64,000 bases of DNA, from assembly GCA_016178135.1 (NCBI GenBank), contig JACOTW010000001.1:228-64227 (forward strand), in the 5' to 3' direction. The position numbers were made by a program, and so were the translations under genes. The notes under the pieces were generated by a model. That model was given only the letters and a program-made list of their open reading frames with translations. It ran no database searches and was not told the origin of the DNA. Below are positions 44,796-54,259 of the stretch, piece after piece. Every line of letters begins with the position of its first letter. The first letter of the stretch is position 1. Source of the stretch: Candidatus Saccharimonadota bacterium. GTDB lineage: Bacteria; Patescibacteriota; Saccharimonadia; Saccharimonadales; JACOTW01.

Positions 44796-46622
44796 TTATT
44801 TGACGCGTTTGCGTTTATTGGGGTCGAGTTCTTTTTTACGTAGCCGTAGAGATTTTGGGGTCACTTCAAGTAACTCGTCATTTTCTATAAAATCCAGACA
44901 TTCTTCAAGGCTAAAAATAGTTGGCGGTGTTAGCTGAACCACGCCGTCAGATGATGAACTACGCATATTAGTCAAGTGTTTGGCCTTGCAGACGTTTATT
45001 TCCATATCTTCCTGACGCTTATTGAGCCCAATTATTTGTCCAGCATAAACTTTTATAGCTGGTCCTACAAATACATTGCCCCGATCTTCGGCGGTCTGTA
45101 GGGAGTAGGGAGTTGTTATGCCAGTTTCAAAAGCAATCAAAACCCCATTTCGCAATTGCCCCAACGGTGGTGCTAATGGGTGCGACCCAATAGCAAGGCT
45201 GTTCATGATTATGGTGCCTTTGGTGTTGGTTAGTAAAATGTTGCGCAATCCCAAAAGGGCTCGGGTAGGTAGTTCGTAAACGAGTTTAGTAACTCCTTTG
45301 GGGCTGGCGAATTGTTCCTTTAGAGTTGCACGGCGCATCCCAAGTTCCATCTGAACAGTCCCGACGTGTTCAGCGGGTACTTCTATAATTAGTTCTTCCA
45401 ACGGTTCCATCGTAATGCCGTTTTCCTGGTGTGTTACTACCTGCGGTCGGCCAACTTCAAATTCAAAACCTTCACGGCGCATGGTTTCTATTAGTACGCT
45501 CAAATGTAGTTCTCCTCGACCAGAAACCAAAAAGCCAATACCATCTTCTTCTACCCGCAATCCAACATTTGTTTCCAGCTCTTTTTGTAAACGTTCGCTA
45601 ATCTGGCGGCTGGTTGTAAACTCGCCCTCTGTGCCCTTGAAGGGGCTGGTGTTGGGGCCGAGATAGATTTTAAGAGTGGGGGCTTCTACCTCTAATACTG
45701 GTAACGCCTCTGGACTTGTCGCATCGGCAACAGTATCGCCAATTTGCGCTTCAGTGATCCCCGTAAGTTGCACAATATCTCCGGCGACTCCACCTGGAAC
45801 TTCGAATTTACTTAGCCCATGACTCATGTAGACATTGTCAACCCTAACCTTAACCATTGTGTTGTCTTTTTTGCACAGCGTAACTTGATCTCCAGGCTTA
45901 ACTTGACCGCGTGTTATGCGCCCGATGGCATATTTGCCTCTAAAACTGTCCCATGCCAGAGCCGTAACTAACATTTGAAATGGTTTGTTAGATTCAATTT
46001 GCGGTGCTGGGATATGACTGATAATAGCATCAAAAATAACTTCTAAATTTGCATCTTCATCTGGATTGACGGGTGGTGTTACCCAGGCTTTACCGCTACG
46101 ACCAACAGCATAATAAACAGGGTAGTGTAGTTGATCTTCATGGACTGCCAGCTCTAGGAATAAATCTGCCAATTCGTCTTCTACTTCCTTGATACGGGCA
46201 GCAGACTTGTCTATTTTATTGATAATAACGATTGGTTTGAGCTCGCTAGCCAACGCTTTGCTAAGCACGAATTTGGTTTGTGGCATAGGACCTTCCTGGG
46301 CATCAACAATCAAAATACAGCCATCAGCCATATTGAGTGTACGTTCTACCTCGCCAGAAAAGTCAGCATGACCAGGCGTATCAATGATATTTATTCGGTA
46401 ATCGTTGTGTTGCACGGCCGTAACTTTGGCGGTGATAGTTATGCCTCGTTCACGTTCCTGATCACCACTATCCATTATAAGTTCCTGGCTCATCTCGGCT
46501 TGATTATCACGGAAGGTTTGCGATTGCTTAAGTAGGCCATCTACCAGCGTTGTTTTGCCATGGTCAACGTGGGCAATGATAGCAATATTTCGGATTTTGG
46601 TGGGGTCTTGTGTTTGGGTCAT
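44796..46622 (-). CDS. typA: Translational GTPase TypA/BipA
   Basis: AHVDHGKTT, DTPGH and NKID G-motifs. 608 aa. Confidence 0.95.
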   Translation of the reverse strand: MTQTQDPTKIRNIAIIAHVDHGKTTLVDGLLKQSQTFRDNQAEMSQELIMDSGDQERERGITITAKVTAVQHNDYRINIIDTPGHADFSGEVERTLNMADGCILIVDAQEGPMPQTKFVLSKALASELKPIVIINKIDKSAARIKEVEDELADLFLELAVHEDQLHYPVYYAVGRSGKAWVTPPVNPDEDANLEVIFDAIISHIPAPQIESNKPFQMLVTALAWDSFRGKYAIGRITRGQVKPGDQVTLCKKDNTMVKVRVDNVYMSHGLSKFEVPGGVAGDIVQLTGITEAQIGDTVADATSPEALPVLEVEAPTLKIYLGPNTSPFKGTEGEFTTSRQISERLQKELETNVGLRVEEDGIGFLVSGRGELHLSVLIETMRREGFEFEVGRPQVVTHQENGITMEPLEELIIEVPAEHVGTVQMELGMRRATLKEQFASPKGVTKLVYELPTRALLGLRNILLTNTKGTIIMNSLAIGSHPLAPPLGQLRNGVLIAFETGITTPYSLQTAEDRGNVFVGPAIKVYAGQIIGLNKRQEDMEINVCKAKHLTNMRSSSSDGVVQLTPPTIFSLEECLDFIENDELLEVTPKSLRLRKKELDPNKRKRVK

Positions 46623-46630
46623 AAAAATTC

Positions 46631-46678
46631 AAAAAGCGCTCTATATGCGAGCGCCCTCACATTCACGTAACATTATAA
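46631..46678 (-). promoter_or_regulatory. typA leader: a TATAAT followed by a terminator-like hairpin and U-run just upstream of the ATG
   Basis: The minus strand reads TTATAAT...GGCGCTCGCATATAGAGCGCTTTTTGAATTTTTATG (6-bp GC stem GCGCTC/GAGCGC, 7-nt loop, T5). Confidence 0.35.
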
Positions 46679-46685
46679 CATAAGC

Positions 46686-46903
46686 GTCAAATATCCTCAA
46701 ACAGTTTCACGAATATGGGGGCTATAGCTGTGGCTACATCGAGGACAGAAAAACTGTTTGCAGCCCCGCATATGCGGGATGAACTGGGGTGATGAAAAAG
46801 TCCGAAACTCGTGTTAAAGATCATCGGCTCCAAAACCCCCGAATTTGTTTTGCGGTGGCTATAATTCACTCTGGGAACGGGCGATTTTGCGATAGGTCCA
46901 GTA
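46686..46903. repeat. Mosaic of element fragments (reverse PE-A part, a PE-B/D-like end, a PE-G end, a forward PE-A right end)
   Basis: GCTACATCGAGGACAGAAAAACTGTTTGCAGCC...; AAAAAGTCCGAAACTCGTGT; CCCCCGAATTTGTTTTGCGG; CACTCTGGGAACGGGCGATTTTGCGATAGGTCCAG. Confidence 0.6.
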
Positions 46904-46958
46904 AAGATTTTTAGGGTGAAGGGTGTATTATAAAACGGTTATGAGCTTTTTCATTTTA

Positions 46959-47153
46959 CTGGACTTACGCAAAGCTCCTCCATCCCCAGATCGAATTCTA
47001 TCGGCTACAAACAGTTTTTCTTCTCTCAATGTAGCTACTGCTACCTCGCCTTCAGATAAAACAGTTTTCGCTCGAAATAATTCACTCTGGGAACGGACGA
47101 TTTTGCGTAAGTCCAGTTTAGCCTGGGGACGGGCGATTTTGCGACAGGTCCAG
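46959..47153 (+). mobile_element. PE-A (beta subtype) full copy plus the trailing right-end piece of a host PE-A
   Basis: The full copy spans 46959-47116 with TSD TTTA/TTTA. It is followed by GCCTGGGGACGGGCGATTTTGCGACAGGTCCAG. The arrangement is paralogous to 62101-62295. Confidence 0.85.
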
Positions 47154-47179
47154 TTTAGTATGTTTACGGGCGGTTTAAG

Positions 47180-48472
47180 ATGAATTTTGATCACTCGATT
47201 TTTCCAAAAGATTTTATGTGGGGCGCTAGTGTATCTGCTCATCAAATTGAGGGAGGCAATGTCAATAATTGGACAGAATGGGAATTGTCGCATGCTAGCG
47301 AATTAGCCAAAGCGGCCGCGAATCGAAACGGCCGAACCCTTACTGGCGATGAAATTCCAAACTGGAAAGAGGTCAAGAATGATGCCACCGACCCCAGTAA
47401 CTATGTTTCAGGCAAGGGTGTAGATCACTACAACAGATACAAGGAAGACTTTAAACTTCTACACCAATTACGGCTTAATTCTTTTCGATTTGGTATTGAA
47501 TGGGCCAGAATTGAGCCAGAGGAGGGCAAGTGGGATGAGTTGGCTATAGAGCATTATCGCGATTATATAGCCGAACTTAACAAATTAGGCATTGAGCCAA
47601 TCCTGAACATTTGGCACTACACAATGCCAACTTGGTTTGCTCAAAAAGGTGGTCTTGTGAGGCATGGCAATTTGCGTTATTGGAGACGTTATGTCCAAAA
47701 AATCGCCGAAGAATTCGGCAAAAACATCAAGTATATCATCACCATTAATGAGCCTAATGTCTACGCTTCATTTTCATATATATTGGGTTTATGGCCACCT
47801 CAAGAAAAAAAACCTGTCCAGGCGGCACGAGTTGTCTACAACCAAATATCGGCTCACAAACAGGCTTACCGCATCCTTAAGCGTGGCAACCCGCAGCTAC
47901 AAATTGGCATAGCGAGCCAGTTAGCTAATATACAGGCCAAGCGCCCACATAATATATTTGATGGATTTTCTACTAAAATTATGCGTTATGTTTGGAATTG
48001 GTTTTTTTTCAAGCGTATTCGTAAATATCAGGATTTTGTTGGGTTCAATTACTATTTTAGTGATTACTACACCGGTATTATGAAGCGTGATAATCCTAAA
48101 GTGCCATATAGCGATGTTGGTTGGTATATGGAGCCGGAAGGTTTGTACCCACTGTTAATCAGGGCGTGGGCACGTTACAAAAAACCAATTATCATAACCG
48201 AAAGTGGTGTGGCCGACAGAGAAGATAAATATCGGCGTTGGTGGCTAGAGGAATGTATTGTGGCTATGGAGCGGGCAATTAGCGAAGGTGTAGATTTACG
48301 CGGATTTCTTTACTGGAGTTTATTGGATAATTTTGAGTGGGCTGAAGGTTGGTGGCCTAAATTTGGGCTGGTGGCCGTTGATCGGGACGATGACATGAAG
48401 CGCACCATCCGTTCTAGTGCCAGGTGGTTTGCTGGAAAAATAAAATCATTCCAGTATATTGACAAACCATAA
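47180..48472 (+). CDS. Glycoside hydrolase family 1 (beta-glucosidase-type)
   Basis: FMWGASVSAHQIEGG, acid/base TINEPN and nucleophile ITESG motifs. Confidence 0.9.
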   Translation: MNFDHSIFPKDFMWGASVSAHQIEGGNVNNWTEWELSHASELAKAAANRNGRTLTGDEIPNWKEVKNDATDPSNYVSGKGVDHYNRYKEDFKLLHQLRLNSFRFGIEWARIEPEEGKWDELAIEHYRDYIAELNKLGIEPILNIWHYTMPTWFAQKGGLVRHGNLRYWRRYVQKIAEEFGKNIKYIITINEPNVYASFSYILGLWPPQEKKPVQAARVVYNQISAHKQAYRILKRGNPQLQIGIASQLANIQAKRPHNIFDGFSTKIMRYVWNWFFFKRIRKYQDFVGFNYYFSDYYTGIMKRDNPKVPYSDVGWYMEPEGLYPLLIRAWARYKKPIIITESGVADREDKYRRWWLEECIVAMERAISEGVDLRGFLYWSLLDNFEWAEGWWPKFGLVAVDRDDDMKRTIRSSARWFAGKIKSFQYIDKP

Positions 48473-48493
48473 ACAATTTAGTATAATACAAAC

Positions 48494-48961
48494 ATGAGTA
48501 AAAGACCTCAAAACGCAACATTAGGACAAAAAGCATTATATAACTCTGGCGCCAAACAACTGGGACCTGACCTTACGGCCGTTTTATCCGATACAGAAGT
48601 CCGCAAAGCAGGCGCGGAACGTTATAGTAGAAGGGTGCTTGGTCTTGTAGCTGTGACGGCCCTAACCGCTATGGGTTCGTATGCTGTGAATAGTAAAAGT
48701 AATGAACAGCAGGGAGACATAGTGAACAATCGGCTTAAAAACATAGGAGTAGTAGCCGAAACTACACCCCAGACGTTGCCAACCATTGTTCATGAAGTCA
48801 AGCCGGGCGAGAATCCTCGAAGTATAGCTGATCAATATAACGCTGATCCTGTTGATGCCGATAACATGGCGAACAGCATTCAGGCACGAGATGGTGTTGA
48901 GGCTCCAAACGGTCAGACATATATACATCCTGGTCAAGAAATCAAAATCACTGGGCGATAG
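48494..48961 (+). CDS. Membrane-anchored protein with a LysM-like C-terminal domain; its stop codon lies in a PE-C terminus
   Basis: HEVKPGENPRSIADQYNA...IHPGQEIKI. TATAAT lies 6 nt upstream of the ATG. The stop TAG is the first 3 nt of TAGCCATTCC. Confidence 0.5.
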   Translation: MSKRPQNATLGQKALYNSGAKQLGPDLTAVLSDTEVRKAGAERYSRRVLGLVAVTALTAMGSYAVNSKSNEQQGDIVNNRLKNIGVVAETTPQTLPTIVHEVKPGENPRSIADQYNADPVDADNMANSIQARDGVEAPNGQTYIHPGQEIKITGR

Positions 48962-49030
48962 CCATTCCAAAATGAAATGACTGGTTTTTGAGTGAGTGAT
49001 GGACGACGATAAGTCTAAAAAACTGTTTAG
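48959..49030 (-). repeat. PE-C right half, reverse orientation
   Basis: TAGCCATTCCAAAATGAAATGACTGGTTTTTGAGTGAGTGATGGACGACGATAAGTCTAAAAAAC is colinear with the reverse complement of 15250-15317. Confidence 0.7.
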
Positions 49031-49054
49031 GTAAGTCGAGTATAGCGTGCATAG

Positions 49055-49114
49055 ATATCCACAACCCACCACATGTTGTGGTAGGTTGTTTATTATTGAT
49101 AAATCTGTGGATAA
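49055..49114. promoter_or_regulatory. DnaA-box cluster
   Basis: ATATCCACA (49055-63, 8/9 match) and TGTGGATAA (49106-14, perfect complement of TTATCCACA), with a CCACA-TGT-TGTGG inverted pair between them. Confidence 0.5.
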
Positions 49115-49150
49115 AGTGTTGTAAAACACGAAGTAGCATAAATAAAAGAC

Positions 49151-49193
49151 TTGCTAGTGGGTGAGTGTGGGTTGTATACTCAAATTAGTGGGT
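49151..49193 (+). promoter_or_regulatory. mraZ promoter (TTGCTA-N18-TATACT) overlapped by three GTGGGT MraZ-box-like direct repeats
   Basis: GTGGGT occurs at 49157, 49167 and 49188 (10- and 21-bp spacing), resembling the GTGGG/TGGGN repeat operators known for MraZ. Confidence 0.6.
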
Positions 49194-49271
49194 AATCGTA
49201 GGTAGACCAAAACGATCAACCTAGACGAAAAAAATAAAAAACCACTACATTAAAAAAATACAGGAGACGCG

Positions 49272-49646
49272 GTGGACTACTTTGAACGTAAGCTTGACGA
49301 TAAGCGGCGGTTAACTATACCGACCGAACTTCGTGCTAAGTTTGCGAGCGGAGCAGTGGTAACTCGCGGGTTTGGCCAGTACTTACATCTTTATCCAAAA
49401 GATGTCTGGGACAATCTTGTCGAGCCAAGGCTTGACGGAGATATCCTAGATGAGCGTATTGCTGATCTGAACGTTCAATTCCGGATGGGAAAAACGGATG
49501 CCGAGCCAGATGGCAAACAGGGTAGGATAACTCTGGAACAGCATCTTCTGGACTATGCCAATATTGACCGAGATGTTGTCGCTGTTGGTGTTGGACGTTA
49601 CTGGCGCGTTATGGCCCCCGAAAGCAAGGACGCCAAAGTTCTTTAA
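49272..49646 (+). CDS. mraZ: Transcriptional regulator MraZ
   Basis: Two DXXXR-type SpoVT/AbrB half-sites (LDDKRRLTIP, DGKQGRITL). GTG start with AGGAG 5 nt upstream. Confidence 0.8.
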   Translation: MDYFERKLDDKRRLTIPTELRAKFASGAVVTRGFGQYLHLYPKDVWDNLVEPRLDGDILDERIADLNVQFRMGKTDAEPDGKQGRITLEQHLLDYANIDRDVVAVGVGRYWRVMAPESKDAKVL

Positions 49647-49938
49647 AAATTTAATCAATAAACCAAACGGCTCGAGATTAGCTATTTGGCAGTCAACAAG
49701 TGGATTTAAGGCAACCACTCAAAAAACCTTTGTACCTTATCTAAAAACACCTCCCAAAACTCCACCTCACACATAAGTCTCTCAAACTTTTGCCCTAACC
49801 AGTGAAGGAAATCCTATGGACTCACCTCCCTAGACTTCTCTCACACACACGGATAGGGCATACAAAAACAAAAACTTACAATAAAAACAAAAAGTTGGCT
49901 GCTGAATAGGTGACCTTGCAAAAAAAAACAAAAATTGC

Positions 49939-50847
49939 ATGAAAAACACAAACAAAAATAACCAAAATGTTCATATACCAGTTCTGCTGGACGCGGTACT
50001 GACATATTTAGATCCGAAGGAAGGTGAAACATACCTTGACCTGACGGCTGGATATGGCGGTCACGCTCACGCGGTACTGGAACGTACGGGTTCGCACAAT
50101 AAGGCGACTCTAATAGATCGTGATCAGACCGCTGTAGATTATCTTAGTAAACGATTCAGCGGTGTTAATGTTTTGCATCAGGACTTCTTGAGCGCTAGCC
50201 AGGGGTTACTGAAGGCTGGCAAGAAATATGATCTTATTTTGGCGGATTTGGGCGTGTCGTCACAGCACCTTGACGAAGCGAGCCGAGGTTTTAGTTTAAA
50301 GTCGAGTGGCCCACTGGATATGCGCATGGATCCACGACAAGGTCTAACTGCTTACGATATAGTTAATAGCTATAGCGAAACGAAATTAGCTGAACTACTA
50401 AAGCGTTATGGTGAAGAACCAAAAGCGCGTACTATAGCACGGTTAATAGTAGCTCGTCGACCAATTAAAACTACAGAAGAGCTCGCACAAATCGTTAGCT
50501 CTGCCTGGCCAGGACATAGTAGGGTTCATCCGGCAACCAGAACTTTCCAGGCATTAAGGCTGGTAGTCAATAATGAACTGGAATTACTCCAGCAAGCCTT
50601 GCCGATCTGGATAGACCTTCTAGCTTCGGGCGGGCGTATAGCGAGTATTAGCTTTCATAGTTTAGAGGATCGGCTTGTCAAGCAAGCCTTTGCTGAAGCT
50701 AGCGGTAAGCGTTATGATGCCATCCTTAACCTTTTGACAAAAAGACCGGTGATGGGTGACAAAGCAGAAATTGTTTATAATCCGCGAGCTCGAAGTGCTA
50801 AACTTCGTGCCGCAGTTAAAATAAAAACAAATGAAAGGAGAAATTAA
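49939..50847 (+). CDS. rsmH: 16S rRNA (cytosine1402-N4)-methyltransferase
   Basis: HIPVLL...DLTAGYGGH...DLGVSS...SFHSLEDR motifs. Confidence 0.95.
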   Translation: MKNTNKNNQNVHIPVLLDAVLTYLDPKEGETYLDLTAGYGGHAHAVLERTGSHNKATLIDRDQTAVDYLSKRFSGVNVLHQDFLSASQGLLKAGKKYDLILADLGVSSQHLDEASRGFSLKSSGPLDMRMDPRQGLTAYDIVNSYSETKLAELLKRYGEEPKARTIARLIVARRPIKTTEELAQIVSSAWPGHSRVHPATRTFQALRLVVNNELELLQQALPIWIDLLASGGRIASISFHSLEDRLVKQAFAEASGKRYDAILNLLTKRPVMGDKAEIVYNPRARSAKLRAAVKIKTNERRN

Positions 50848-50998
50848 TGCCAATTCAGGTAAAAAATCTCTCCAGATCATATAAGGTGAAAGTGCGCGTA
50901 GCGTAAACGATCTTTATATAAAAACCCCCGCATTAACTATTAGCTAATGCGGGGGACAAAGAACCAAACAATAAACATAAACAAAAAACATAAAAATT

Positions 50999-51346
50999 AT
51001 GACATACTCAAATTCAATTGCCATGGGCCGTCAGCGATTTGCTGGCAAAGGTCGTAATACAACTAGTTTCAAGAATAAAGAACGGACTATTGGTCCGGTA
51101 AGTAATACAATCGCACTTATTATATTGGCGTGTTTACTGGGTCTGATGTATCTTACTCAAGTAACTAAAACTAATTCATATGGTTATAAAATTGATGAGC
51201 TACAGACAAAGCATGATTCACTCAAAACCGAACACGATGAACTTGAGGCTACTTCGGCACGTCTCCAGGCCATGGAACGTGTAAGGAGTAGTGAAGTGGC
51301 TAAAAATTTGGCCTCAATCACTCCGACCACTACTGTTTCGAACTAA
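50999..51346 (+). CDS. ftsL: FtsL-like bitopic division protein
   Basis: 115 aa with a single TM helix followed by a coiled coil. The position between rsmH and ftsI fits FtsL. Confidence 0.55.
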   Translation: MTYSNSIAMGRQRFAGKGRNTTSFKNKERTIGPVSNTIALIILACLLGLMYLTQVTKTNSYGYKIDELQTKHDSLKTEHDELEATSARLQAMERVRSSEVAKNLASITPTTTVSN

Positions 51347-51362
51347 TACGCAAGGAGTGTCT

Positions 51363-53159
51363 GTGCAGACCGAAAAACCAAGCACGGTAATAAATATACT
51401 AGGGCGTATACGTGTTTTGTATGCGTTGCTTGTTTTTATCGCGGCCATATTCGTGGTTCGCGCCTTTTATTTACAGGTAATCAAGCATGATTATTATCAA
51501 AAAGCCGCACTTAGTGGACAACTTAAACAGTACGAAATACCCGCAGAGCGCGGAATAATTAAGGTCCATTCTGGTAGCGGGATTGTTCCTATTGTGCTGA
51601 ATGAACCGCGCTATACTTTATTTGCTGATCCTAAATATATTAAAGATCCCAAGGCAACCGCGCTAGTGATTGCCGATACTTTGGGCACTAATGTCAGTGA
51701 GTATGAGGCAAAATTGCAGATGGTTGGTACTCGCTACACCGTACTTGCTAAAAAATTAACTAAAGAGCAGAAACTTAAGATTGATCGTGCGGCCAAAGAT
51801 CGCAATAAAGCTGGTTCGTTATGGAAGGGGATTGGAACGCGAGAGACAGAATATCGTACTTATCCACAGGGCACATTAGCCGCCCAATTATTGGGTTTTG
51901 TCAATGATGCGGGTGAGGGCAAATACGGTATTGAACAATTCATGCATGATGAATTAAAAGGGAAGTCCGGAGAGCTAAAAGCCATAACTGATGCTAGGGG
52001 CGTTCCGTTGGCTGCTAATAAAGATAATCTGGTCAAGGAGCCAATTGCGGGTAAAGATGTGTTGCTAACTATAGATATTGGTATGCAACAACAACTTGAA
52101 GATATCCTAAAAGCCGGATTAGATCAGGCAAAGTCTACATCTGGTGGTGCGCTTATTTTGGAGGCAAACACCGGGGCTATTAAGGCTATGGCAAATTATC
52201 CGACGTATAATCCTGCCGAATTTTTTAAAATTGAAGATGCGAATTTATTTACCAATGGTATTGTCAGCGCACCTCTGGAAGTTGGTTCAATCATGAAGCC
52301 GTTAACTGCGGCTGCGGCAATAGATTTAGGAAAGATCAACAAAGATACCGTATATTTTGATCCGGCGATTTTTAGAATCGATAATGAAGTTGTGAAAAAT
52401 GTTGAAGAAGATGGTGGGCCAGGCAACAGGAGTATCCGGGACATACTACAACTGTCACTTAATACGGGAGCTACCTGGATGCTTATGCAAATGGGCGGTG
52501 GAGAGGTTAATCAGCAGGCAAGAATTGCTTGGCACGACTATATGGTAAATCATTTCCAGTTTGGCAAAAAAACAGGCGTGGAACAGGGTTATGAATCCGC
52601 AGGTTCGGTACCTGATCCATTAAATGGCTATGGGTTGAATATACAATATGCTAACACGGCATTTGGACAGGGCGTAAATATATCGGTACTTCAGACGGCA
52701 GCTGCTTACGCGGCCGTTTTAAACGGCGGAACTTATTATAAACCGTACTTAGTTGATAGGACTATTGACTCAAGTGGCAGGGAAACAGTTAAGCGACCGG
52801 AAATTGTAAAACAAGCTGTCGTCAAGCCAGAGACAAGCAAGGCTATTCAAGAGCTTATGGAATATGTTGTGACGCGTAATTACAGCGGATATAAAATTAC
52901 TAAACCACGTCCTGAATTTATGATTGGCGGCAAAACGGGAACAGCACAAATTACCAAGTCTAATGGTGGCTACTACGACGACCGTTATACGGGTACATTC
53001 GTAGGATTTTTGGGGGGTGATAGTGTGCAGTATATTGTTTTGATTCGGGTTGATAATCCACGAATCGGCGGTTATGCTGGTGCCGGTGCGGCCGCACCCA
53101 TTTTTGGCAAAATGTCCGATATGTTAATAAATAATTCCTACGTAACACCGAAGTTTTGA
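51363..53159 (+). CDS. ftsI: Penicillin-binding protein 2/FtsI-type transpeptidase
   Basis: A TM anchor, a dimerisation domain, and SxxK-type (GSIMKP), SLN and KTGTA motifs. GTG start 6 nt after AAGGAG. Confidence 0.9.
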   Translation: MQTEKPSTVINILGRIRVLYALLVFIAAIFVVRAFYLQVIKHDYYQKAALSGQLKQYEIPAERGIIKVHSGSGIVPIVLNEPRYTLFADPKYIKDPKATALVIADTLGTNVSEYEAKLQMVGTRYTVLAKKLTKEQKLKIDRAAKDRNKAGSLWKGIGTRETEYRTYPQGTLAAQLLGFVNDAGEGKYGIEQFMHDELKGKSGELKAITDARGVPLAANKDNLVKEPIAGKDVLLTIDIGMQQQLEDILKAGLDQAKSTSGGALILEANTGAIKAMANYPTYNPAEFFKIEDANLFTNGIVSAPLEVGSIMKPLTAAAAIDLGKINKDTVYFDPAIFRIDNEVVKNVEEDGGPGNRSIRDILQLSLNTGATWMLMQMGGGEVNQQARIAWHDYMVNHFQFGKKTGVEQGYESAGSVPDPLNGYGLNIQYANTAFGQGVNISVLQTAAAYAAVLNGGTYYKPYLVDRTIDSSGRETVKRPEIVKQAVVKPETSKAIQELMEYVVTRNYSGYKITKPRPEFMIGGKTGTAQITKSNGGYYDDRYTGTFVGFLGGDSVQYIVLIRVDNPRIGGYAGAGAAAPIFGKMSDMLINNSYVTPKF

Positions 53160-53218
53160 CTTACATATATGAGGGCTCTTAACAGAACAAATACTTAAAA
53201 TAAGGTATAATTAGCTAT

Positions 53219-54259
53219 ATGTCGCAAACATTAAATATTGCAATTCAAACAAATACTCTAACTCGGATTTTAATTTTGGCCTGTGCCAGTTTTGCATTAA
53301 GCATGGTTATTACTCCGGTATACACGACATTAGCTTATCGCTATAAATGGTGGAAGCGACAACGTACAGAAAGTTGGAGTGGCGGTTTGGCCACTGTTTA
53401 TCATAAACTACACGAAAAAAAACATCGACGTAACATACCAACTATGGCGGGTACGATATTTGTTGCCAGTATTGCTTTTGTAACTTTGGCAGGTAATTTA
53501 AGTCGCAGTGAAACTTGGTTGCCACTGGCCGGCATGGTTGGGGCGGGAGCTATTGGGTTAATTGATGACTGGCTAAATATTCGCGGTAAAAATAGCAATA
53601 TAGCTGGCATGCGGGCAAAAATTAAGTTTTCATTGCACACGGTTGTAGCTCTAATTGGTGGCTTGTGGTTTTATTACAAATTGGATGTTTCCAGTGTGAA
53701 TGTGCCAGGTATGGGCGATTGGCATATCGGTCTACTGATTATTCCACTTTTTATGTTAGTAGTTATTGCTACGGCTAATGCCGTCAATATTACGGATGGT
53801 CTAGATGGTCTTGCCGGCGGATTACTGACATCATCTTTTGCTACCTATGCAATGATTGCCACACTCCAGGGAAAATATTTTTTGGCAGGTTTTTGCCTGA
53901 CAGTAGTCGGCGCGTTGCTTAGTTACACGTGGTTTAACATTTTTCCGGCACGGTTTTTTATGGGTGACGTAGGATCATTCGCGCTTGGTACGGCACTGGG
54001 CATCATTGCTATGCAAACTGATACGATTTTCTTATTACCAATAATCGGTATAATATATGTTGCTGAAACAGGTTCGGTGATTATTAACAGGCTTTCCAAA
54101 AAACTGCGTCATGGCAAAAAAGTATTCTTATCTTCACCGATTCATCATCATTTTGAAGCTATTGGTTGGCCCGAACCAAAAATAACAATGCGCTTTTGGG
54201 TTATGGGTCAAGTGGCAGCTGTACTGGGTCTTATTCTATTCGTTCTAGGGAGGCTCTAA
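53219..54259 (+). CDS. mraY: Phospho-N-acetylmuramoyl-pentapeptide transferase
   Basis: NAVNITDGLDGLA and the HHHFE motif. TATAAT lies 7 nt upstream of the ATG. Confidence 0.95.
   Translation: MSQTLNIAIQTNTLTRILILACASFALSMVITPVYTTLAYRYKWWKRQRTESWSGGLATVYHKLHEKKHRRNIPTMAGTIFVASIAFVTLAGNLSRSETWLPLAGMVGAGAIGLIDDWLNIRGKNSNIAGMRAKIKFSLHTVVALIGGLWFYYKLDVSSVNVPGMGDWHIGLLIIPLFMLVVIATANAVNITDGLDGLAGGLLTSSFATYAMIATLQGKYFLAGFCLTVVGALLSYTWFNIFPARFFMGDVGSFALGTALGIIAMQTDTIFLLPIIGIIYVAETGSVIINRLSKKLRHGKKVFLSSPIHHHFEAIGWPEPKITMRFWVMGQVAAVLGLILFVLGRL

Noticed and set aside
49055-49114. The DnaA boxes might mark the chromosomal origin (oriC).
   Set aside because: Only two good boxes are present. No dnaA, dnaN or other origin-linked genes lie nearby, no AT-rich unwinding element is obvious, and gene orientation does not switch here. 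A regulatory or titration role is more likely.
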